A DNA stretch of 17,390 nt from Octopus sinensis (lineage: Eukaryota). Below are positions 9,826 to 17,390 of this stretch, one piece after another; position 1 is the stretch's first letter, and each line of letters starts with the position of its first letter. Where the stretch lies: positions 1 through 17,390 of the forward strand of contig NW_021824869.1 in the NCBI RefSeq assembly GCF_006345805.1. Reading direction: 5' to 3'. A model generated the notes under the pieces. The model worked only from the letters and a program-made list of their open reading frames with translations, ran no database searches and was not told where the DNA came from. A program made the translations under genes and the position numbers.

Positions 9826-12777
9826 ATGTAGGAGGGCTGCTGCGCGGAAACTGTAAAAAGAAAATTTCATTCCTGAGAGACCTTGTGACATGCAATCAAG
9901 CTATATGCATGGCACTCACAGAAACGCATCTTGAACCCGATATAGGTGATGCAGAAATACACATGCCGCAATATGCAGTCATACGCACAGATAGAAAAGG
10001 GAGGAGCCATGGTGGAGTTGCAATGTACATCCGAGATGACCTCACGCCCCAGGTCCTGCTGTCATATTCAAACTCAGTATGTGAAACTCAAATTGTACAC
10101 ATAAGACAACTGAATATCGTCATATGCACTACATATCGCCCACCAGACGCCCCAAAACACTCAGCATGTTTGTTTGAAGACTGCCTAACAAAAATAGGAG
10201 GAGTCCTCACCAACCTTGAACAGCACAACAGTGTATTCTTCATGGGTGACTTTAACCTCCCCAATGTGGAATGGCCTGGGGGGCAGATGCTCCCAGGGAT
10301 GACACACCATCAGCAGGCACAGGTGGAGTCCCTGCTCCATCTCACAAATACCTCTTTCATGGAGCAAATAGTTCTGCAACCAACAAGGGCAGATAATATA
10401 CTGGATCTCTGCTTTACAAACAATATGGATATTATCCATAATGTTAATGTGATGCCGACAATGATCTCGGATCACAACATAATAGAGCTGTCTATGTATG
10501 GAACAAAAGCCCCCGCAGACACACAGCCTATACGAAGCACCCACCATCTCTCCAACTTAAACTTTCATAAAGCCAACTGGAAGTCGATTGAGAAAGAGAT
10601 CCTCAAACAGGATTGGCCTGATGTCTCTCCACACCGGACATAAACATGAAACACAAACACTTCATGTCCATAATACAAGCCATATGTGACAAATATGTCC
10701 CAATGTGCAGGGCCAGCACACACAAGAATAAAACAGGATCCCTAGAGAAAGGAGGATTCTTATGAGACGACGGACAAGGATTGCAAACCGCCTGAGCAAG
10801 CACACCAAAAGTGGTGAGAAGTCTCGGCTCGAAAGAATGCTAATGGAAACTGAGAAAAGTCTACATCAGTCCCATGAAAAAAGAGAGAGAGAGCAGATAA
10901 AGAAGCTTGGGTAATAGAAAATATAAAATCAAACCCTAAAGCTTTCTTTAAGTTTGCCAAAGAGACAGCCACAGTGCACCAGAGAATAGGACCTCTCTTC
11001 CAAAAAGATGGCTCTCTCACAGGAAATCCCACGAGGATAAGTGAAATACTGAACGAACAGTTCCAAAGTGTGTTCACTACACCTCTAGGACACAGGCAAG
11101 TAAACAACCCAGAAGAATTCTTTGCCACTTTACCAGCGACCAAAGAGACAAAAATTGAGTACATCAACATCGAAGAAGATGATATCACACTAGCCATTGA
11201 TGAGATTGACACAAACTCAGCTGCTGGACCTGATGGATTCCCAGCGATCCTTCTCAAATCGTGCAAACGAGCCCTTGCAAAACCGCTACAGCTTCTTTTT
11301 CAGAGCTTTCTTGCAAGTGGTAAGCTCCCAGTCAAACTGAAAGAGGGGGTAATATGCCCTATCCATAAGGGAGGTAGCAGAGCAGATGCTAAAATTATAG
11401 GCCTATCTCTCTGACCTCACACATCAGCAAAGTCATGGAACGAATAGTCCGTAAGAAACTAATCATGTTCCTTGAAGAAAATGACTTACTGTCTGACACC
11501 CAGCATGGATTTCGACCAGGTAGAGGCTGCCTAACACAGCTCCTGCAACACTATGACTGGGTGTTGAAACAGCTACTAAATGTGTAATATATCTTGACTT
11601 TGCAAAAGCCTTTGATAAAGTCGACCATGGTATGATCTGTCACAAACTGCGTGGTCTCGGCATAGGCGGGAAACTTGGAGAGTGGCTGCACAACTTCCTA
11701 AAAGACAGAAAACAGGCAGTTGTGAGCAATGGAGCCACCTCCAGGGAAACGCAAATAACAAGCGGTGTCCCACAGGGCACTGTCTTGGGGCCACTGATGT
11801 TCATAGTGGCCCTTTCAGACATGCCTTCAGTTGCTACGATGACCACCCTTGCTAGCTATGCAGATGACACAAAAGTCTCCCACGCAATACAAAACCCTGA
11901 AAATATTGCGCATCTGCAACATGAGCTGGACACAATATACAGGTGGGCTGAGGACAACAACATGCAGTTTAATGCAGGTAAGTTCCAGGCCCTGCGCTAC
12001 TGGCACACAAAGGTAAATGACGTGAAGACTGGATACACTGGCCCAGGAAGAATTGCAATCCCTGAGTCAAAATCAGTGCGTGACCTGGGCATTGACATGA
12101 GCAATGATGCATCTTTCCAAATGCATATTGCTAATCTGGTGATAAAATGCAGACGGCTAGCTGGATGGATTCTCCGAACTTTCAGAACAAGAGAGAAGGA
12201 GACACTGATGGTCCTATGGAAAACATTTGTCCTCAGCCGCTTGGACTACTGCTCCCAACTTTGGTCACCACACAATATAAAACAAACAGCAGAACTCGAA
12301 GCAACTCAGAGAAGCTACACAAAGAAAATCGTCTCAATGCAAAATGTCAGCTACTGGGAAAGACTGAAGGTATTAAACCTCTTCTCCCTGGAGCGGAGGC
12401 GGGAGAGATATGCAGTGATATACATCTGGAAAATCCTGGAGGGTCTTGTCCCAAACTTTGGCATTCAAAGTTACTCCAACCGCAGAACGGGGGCGCCGCT
12501 GCGTGGTGCCAAGGATTCCAACATCACCATCAAAATACAGGTCCAGATACTGCAACAGCTTGGGTTTCAGAGGACCACAGCTCTTAACATCCTCCCTAAA
12601 TGCCTGAGAGACTTACATGGTGTGGATGTGGGTTTCTTTAAAACTAAACTGGATCTCTTCTTGTTGGGAGTCCCAGATGAACCTACCTCACGACAGGAGA
12701 CACGGATGCGGGCAGCAGCATCGAACTCCTTGTTGATCAAAGCCACGTATCAGAGGTGGATTCACAAACTAGTGTAG
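9771..12777 (+). pseudogene. LINE ORF2: apurinic-like endonuclease + reverse transcriptase, interrupted by about 7 indels
   Basis: APE motifs NVGGL, TETHL, YRPP, GDFN, LDL, SDH; RT motifs GPDG, YRPISLTS, QHGF, YLDFAKAFD, GVPQG, YADD (11857-11868); C-terminal SLERRRER and PDEP...ASNSL. Frame changes near 10621, 10737, 10890, 11393, 11583, 12493, 12583. Likely start ATG 9771 overlaps ORF1 by 55 nt. Confidence 0.95.
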
Positions 12778-12787
12778 CTCATTCAGC

Positions 12788-12847
12788 GTGGTGCCCCAGC
12801 ATGGCCGCGGCCTTCGGGCTAAAACATTTTTAAGGATTAAGGATTTA
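12788..12847 (+). other. LINE 3'-terminal structure: GGTGCCCCAGCATGGCC motif, GGCC-TTCG-GGCT hairpin, TAAGGAT repeat tail
   Basis: Hairpin 12809-12820 with a C(UUCG)G tetraloop; short tandem tail typical of CR1/L2-group 3' ends. Confidence 0.7.
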
Positions 12848-12889
12848 TACATATATATATATTATATTATATATATATATACGTATATA

Positions 12890-12929
<40 letters not shown>

Positions 12930-12938
12930 CATATATTA

Positions 12939-12977
<39 letters not shown>

Positions 12978-13197
12978 TATAATATACATACATATATATA
13001 ATATACATACATATATATACATAGATATATATATATACATACATATATATATATACATATATATATATACATATTACATATATACATATATATAATTACA
13101 TATACATATACATTATATATATACATATATATATATATATATACTAATATATCTAATATATACATATATATATATATACAATATATATTATATATAC

Positions 13198-13228
<31 letters not shown>

Positions 13229-13230
13229 CC

Positions 13231-13283
<53 letters not shown>

Positions 13284-13285
13284 CA
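12848..13285. repeat. Degenerate (TA)n microsatellite
   Basis: Direct inspection. Confidence 0.98.
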
Positions 13286-13754
13286 TTTCTCTCAGCGTAG
13301 AATACTATATCATAATGATTATATATTGAATTTTGAGATACCAGAGGCACCAACTCAACTCAGTTCAGACGAGCTGAGAATCCGCAACTAGTAACCCAAA
13401 TTCAAAGTGTGAATGAAAAGATTGTGTCACCAGCCCTTCCCACCCGCGTGTAGCCAAAACAAGATGCTGTGGTCATCTACTGAGATAAAATATGGTTATC
13501 CATAATAATGAAGGGTGAAATTAATTAATGGAATACCCTTCATTATTGGATAACCATATTTTATCTCAGTAGATGACCAACAGCATCTTGTTTTGGCTAC
13601 ACGCGGTGTGGGAAGGGGCTGGTGACACAATCTTTTCATTCACACTTTGAATTTGGGGATACTAGTTGCGGATTCTAGCTCGCTCTGATACTGAGTTGAG
13701 TTGGTGCCTTCTGGTATCTCAAAATTCAATAATAATCATTTATGATTATAGTAT

Positions 13755-13852
13755 TCTACGCTGAAGAGAAAGAAGTTTTGGTAAGGTAGAATTATTTAAT
13801 ATTTAATTCTTTGCTTTCCTAAAAACTTGATTTCGAAACGTGCGTCCGTAGA
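13755..13852 (+). ncRNA. Type I hammerhead ribozyme, copy 1
   Basis: Stem I TCTACG(13755-13760)/CGTAGA(13847-13852), perfect 6 bp; CTGAAGA 13761-13767; 67-nt stem II (GAAA/TTTC, AAGTTTT/AAAACTT, AGAATTA/TAATTCT); GAAA 13835-13838; stem III ACGTGCGT; GUC ending at 13846. Confidence 0.92.
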
Positions 13853-14347
13853 TAACTTAAAAATTTGTATGATAGATTGCCGTCAATTCATTCTCTCTTA
13901 CCTGTTTGTGTCTGCCTTCCAATTGCTGTTTTTACTGAGATCTCCCTTTTTAGTAGAAGAAATAGCTATAACTCTTTGACTGCTATTTCTAAATTCGGTA
14001 TGTGGTAAGGCAATTCGTTGCTAAACCCTTTATTGCTTAGTATTACTTAAATTTTCCTCGAATGAGGATTTTACATGCCGAAGACTACTTGGTGTAATTG
14101 ATAATTATTCCAAATTAATTAATTTCACCCTTCATTATTACGGATAACCATATTTTATCTCTGTAGATGACCACAGAATCTTGTTTTGGCTACACGCGGG
14201 TGGGAAGGGGCTGGTGACACAATCTTTTCATTCACACTTTGAATTTGGGGATACTACTTGCGGATTCTAGCTCGCTCTGATACTGAGTTGAGTTGGTGCC
14301 TTCTGGTATCTCAAAATTCAATGTATAATCATTTATGATTATAGTAT

Positions 14348-14446
14348 TCTACGCTGAAGAGAAAAGAAGTTTTGGTAAGGTAGAATTATTTAATATTTAA
14401 TTCTTATGCTTTCCTAAAAACTGATTTCGAAACGTGCGTCCGTAGA
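14348..14446 (+). ncRNA. Type I hammerhead ribozyme, copy 2
   Basis: TCTACG 14348-14353, CTGAAGA 14354-14360, 68-nt stem II, GAAA 14429-14432, GUC ending at 14440, CGTAGA 14441-14446. Confidence 0.92.
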
Positions 14447-14633
14447 TAACTTAAAATTGTATGATAGATTGCCGTCAATTCATTCTCTCTTACCTGTTTG
14501 TGTCTGCCTTCCATTGCTGTTTTTACTGAGATCTCCCTTTTTAGTAGAAGAAATAGCTATAACTCTTTGACTGCTATTTCTAAATTCTGTATGTGGTAAG
14601 GCAATTCGTTGCTAACCCTTTATTGCTTAGTAT

Positions 14634-15672
14634 ATATCATATATATATATATATAACACATATATATATAATAATATAAATACATATATATATATACACA
14701 TATATATATACATATATATAAATACATATATATATATACATATATATATACACATATATATATATATATACACATATATATATATACATATATATACATA
14801 TACATATATATATACACACATATATATACATATATATATATACACATATATACATACACACATATATATACATATATATTAAAACATAATATATACATAC
14901 ATATATATACATCGTGCTAGCGCGGAAGCGGACGTTAAACGATGATGTATACACATATATATATACACATAATATAATACGTATATAATATACATATATA
15001 TATAATATACACACTATATATACATATATATAACATATACACATATATATACACTATATATATATATACGTATAATTATATATACATATTATATATATAT
15101 ACACACATATATTATATACATTATATATACATATATATAGCATATATATACCTATATATATACAAGTATATATATACTACAAGTATATATACATATATAT
15201 ACATCAAGTATATATATACATACAACATATATATATACATATATATACATACAATATATATTACATATATATACATACACATATAGCATACATATATTAT
15301 AGTATACTATATATCACAAATATATATATCCATATATATACATACAATATATATATACATATATATATACAAACATACATATATATATACATACATACAA
15401 GTATATATATACATATATATACATACCATACATATATATACATATATACATACAAGTATATATATACATATATATACATACAAGTATATATATACATATA
15501 TATACATACACATATATATATACATATACATACATACAAGTATATATATACATATATATACATACACATATATATATACATATACATACATACAAGTATA
15601 TATATATATACATATAAATACATACAAGTATATATATACATATATATACATACACATATATATATACATATA
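14634..15672. repeat. Degenerate (TA)n/(TACA)n microsatellite, with a CATACAAGTATATATAT higher-order motif in the right half
   Basis: Direct inspection; interrupted only by the stub at 14913-14947. Confidence 0.97.
14913..14947 (+). mobile_element. 35-bp 3'-terminal stub of an RTE-tailed repeat
   Basis: CGTGCTAGCGCGGAAGCGGACGTTAAACGATGATG aligns with the reverse complement of ~15685-15721 (CATGCTAGCATGGAAAGCGGACGTTAAATGATGATG). Confidence 0.8.
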
Positions 15673-16910
15673 TCATCATCATCATCATCATCATTTAACG
15701 TCCGCTTTCCATGCTAGCATGGGTTGGACGGTTCAACTGGGGTCTGGGGAGCCCGAAAGCTGCACCAGTTCAGTCAGATCTGGCAGTGTTTCTACAGCTG
15801 GATGCCCTTCCTAACGCCAACCACTCCGAGAGTGTAGTGGGTGATTTTATGTGCCACCGACACAGGTGCCAGACGAGGCTGGCAAACGGCCACGCTCGGA
15901 TGGTGTTTTTTATGTGCCACCGACACAGGTGCCAGACGAGGCTGGCAGACGGCCACGCTCGGATGGTGTTTTTATGTGCCCGACCGACACAGGTGCAGAT
16001 GAGGCTGGCAAACGGCCACGATCGGATGGTGCTTGTTACGTGCCCACAGCACGGAGGCCAGTCGATGCGGTACTGGCTACGGCCACGTTCGGATGGTTTT
16101 ATTGTGTGCCCGTGCCACCGGCACTGGTAACCACAAAGATACAAATTCCATTGATGTTCATCTATTTTGATTTGTTTTGATTTGATTTTCACTTGCCTCA
16201 AACAGGTCTTCACAAGTGTCACAAGAAGGAGGTATGCACAGGTGGACTGACTAGTCCCAGGTAGGGGCCATGGGTTATGGCCTGACTAGTCTTGCCGGGT
16301 CTTCGGATGGTGTTTTTATGTGCCACCGACACAGGTGCTAGATGAGGCTGGCGAACGGCCACGATCGGATGGTGTTTGTCATGTGCCCACCGCACTGACT
16401 ACAGCACTGATGATTTCTTGTGTGCCACAGGCACTGGTACCACAAGATACAAATTCCATTCATGTTCATCTATTTTGTCTATTTTGATTTGATTGATTTG
16501 ATTTGATTTGATTTGATTTTCACTGGCCTCAACCGGTCTTCACAAGTGTCACAAGAAGGATGGTATGCACAGGTGGACTGACTAGTCTTGCCGGGTCTTC
16601 GAAAGGTGTTTTTATGTGCCACCGACACAGGTGCCAGATGAGGCTGGCGAACGGCCATGATCAGATGGTTGTTTGTTACGTGCCCACAGCACGGAGGGCC
16701 GGTCGATGAGGAACTGGCTACGGCCACGTTCGGGTGGTTCTCTTTGTGTGCCACCGCACTGTACCACAAAGATACAGATTCCATTGATGTTCATCTATTT
16801 TGATTTGTTTTTGATTTTGATTTGATTTTCACTTGCCTCAACAAGAAGGAAGGTATGCACAGGTGGACTGACTACGTCCCAGGTAGGGGCCATGGGTTAT
16901 GGCCTGACTA
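15673..16910 (-). mobile_element. Non-autonomous SINE-like/RTE-derived element with (GAT)n tail and internal tandem amplification
   Basis: (ATC)n at 15673-15694 is the 3' tail on -; GGTTGGCGTTAGGAAGGGCATCC (15800-15822, -) is a motif I recognise from RTE 5' regions and RTE-derived SINEs; ~62-bp subrepeats and three larger units follow. No clear tRNA A/B boxes seen. Confidence 0.7.
15845..16910. repeat. Nested tandem array: ~62-bp GC-rich subunits inside three ~300-450-bp units (~15845-16300, ~16301-16600, ~16601-16910)
   Basis: TTTTATGTGCCACCGACACAGGTGCCAGA.GAGGCTGGC.AACGGCCACG.TCGGATGGTG recurs at ~15845, 15906, 15969, 16314, 16610; the block AAGATACA.ATTCCATT.ATGTTCATCTATTTTG-(GATTT)n-TCACT.GCCTCA...AAGAAGGA..GGTATGCACAGGTGGACTGACTA occurs three times. 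Confidence 0.92.
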
Positions 16911-17228
16911 TATACATATATACAGATATATATATACATAAATATATACATATATACACATATATATATACATAAATATACATAAATATACACACATATA
17001 TATACACACATATATATATACACATATATACATATATATATATACATAAATATACATATATATACACACATATATATACATATATATATACACATATATA
17101 TACACATATATATATATATATACACATATATATATACACACATATATATACATATACATATATATATACATATATATACATATATATATATACACATATA
17201 TATACATATATATATATATACACATATA
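16911..17228. repeat. Degenerate (TA)n/(TACA)n microsatellite
   Basis: Direct inspection. Confidence 0.97.
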
Positions 17229-17360
17229 AGAAAATAGTAAAGTGTGAAAAAACGACAGAAGGCTTAAATGTTAAAACAATTATATATTTTTGTCAAATGT
17301 CTGGAGATATTGGAAAAATTTTTTTCCTTTCCTTAAAATGACATAATTTTAAAATTTTTA

Positions 17361-17390
17361 AAGAAATACCGTTTCGCGTGTAGCTTTTCA
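17361..17390 (-). ncRNA. Possible degenerate minimal hammerhead motif truncated by the window edge
   Basis: Minus strand reads TGAAAA-GC-TACAC-GC-GAAAC-G-GTA-TTTCTT; resembles (C)UGANGA-stem II-GAAAC-..-GUA but with a core mismatch, a too-short stem III and no visible 5' stem I. Confidence 0.25.

Larger units (their letters stand above)
7255..12847 (+). mobile_element. Non-LTR retrotransposon (LINE) of the CR1/L2 group, probably near full length, embedded in (TA)n
   Basis: ORF1 + overlapping ORF2 (APE + RT, no RNase H seen), short 3' UTR with a stem-loop and a (TAAGGAT)2 tail at ~12831-12844; (TA)n on both sides. Including 7255-8929 as 5' UTR is inference (continuous non-TA sequence up to the ORF1 ATG). 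No target-site duplication can be resolved within TA repeats. Confidence 0.85.
13286..14633 (+). mobile_element. Non-coding hammerhead-bearing element (retrozyme-like or PLE pseudo-LTR array): inverted partial copy + ~1.85 tandem ~592-bp units
   Basis: Unit 1 13535-14126; unit 2 14127-14633 (3'-truncated), near-identical; 13286-13535 is the reverse complement of the first part of the unit. No credible ORF. Flanked by (TA)n on both sides. Confidence 0.85.

Noticed and set aside
9012-12555. Antisense and alternative-frame ORFs over the LINE (e.g. 9100-9690, 10760-11266, 12147-12587)
   Set aside because: Shadows of ORF1/ORF2 with no recognisable motifs; only the end of 12147-12587 is not clearly separable from frameshifted ORF2.
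12788-12830. HDV-like ribozyme at the LINE 3' end
   Set aside because: Only simple hairpins; no nested double pseudoknot; better explained as the RT recognition tail.
13286-13310. Hammerhead on the minus strand in the inverted arm
   Set aside because: Only stem I 5' strand and a CTGAGAG core with one base missing; stem II, GAAA and the cleavage site are absent.
15860-15895. HDV-like ribozyme suggested by minus-strand GCCAG-CCTCGT-CTGGC (and CAG-TCCAC-CTG near 16860)
   Set aside because: I could not build P1, P1.1, P2 and the J4/2 catalytic C in the required order; a descriptor search would be needed.
15845-16100. CRISPR-like look of the regularly spaced repeats
   Set aside because: No unique spacers, the whole unit is repeated, no cas genes, eukaryotic context.
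15711-16222. Repetitive ORFs of 109-150 aa on both strands
   Set aside because: Produced by GC-rich ~62-bp tandem subunits; frames shift between units.

Overview
Eukaryotic, extremely AT/(TA)n-rich intergenic DNA made entirely of retroelements separated by long degenerate (TA)n/(TATACA)n tracts. No host gene is evident. The repeat landscape resembles octopus/cephalopod genomes, but that is inference from memory, not a search. From left to right: (1) a decayed Penelope-like element (PLE) on + (YRDD reverse transcriptase, CxCx5[C]x5C linker, GIY-YIG endonuclease; Naiad-like) with a ~2.1 kb AT-rich trailer ending in a type I hammerhead ribozyme motif (4955-5058); (2) a probably near full-length CR1/L2-group LINE on + (~7255-12847) whose ORF1 combines a Myb/SANT-like N-terminus with a CCCH zinc finger and whose ORF2 is APE endonuclease + RT, broken by several indels; (3) a non-coding ~592-bp unit present as ~1.85 tandem copies plus a ~250-bp inverted copy (13286-14633), each tandem copy carrying a complete hammerhead with a very long stem II, with predicted cleavage sites 594 nt apart (retrozyme-/pLTR-like); (4) RTE-tailed non-autonomous repeats (a 35-bp stub on +, a 1.2-kb internally amplified copy on -); (5) a possible degenerate hammerhead cut by the right edge. 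The most interesting signal is the set of long-stem-II hammerheads, above all the tandem 594-nt unit. Frequent 1-nt indels suggest that some frameshifts may be sequencing or assembly errors.
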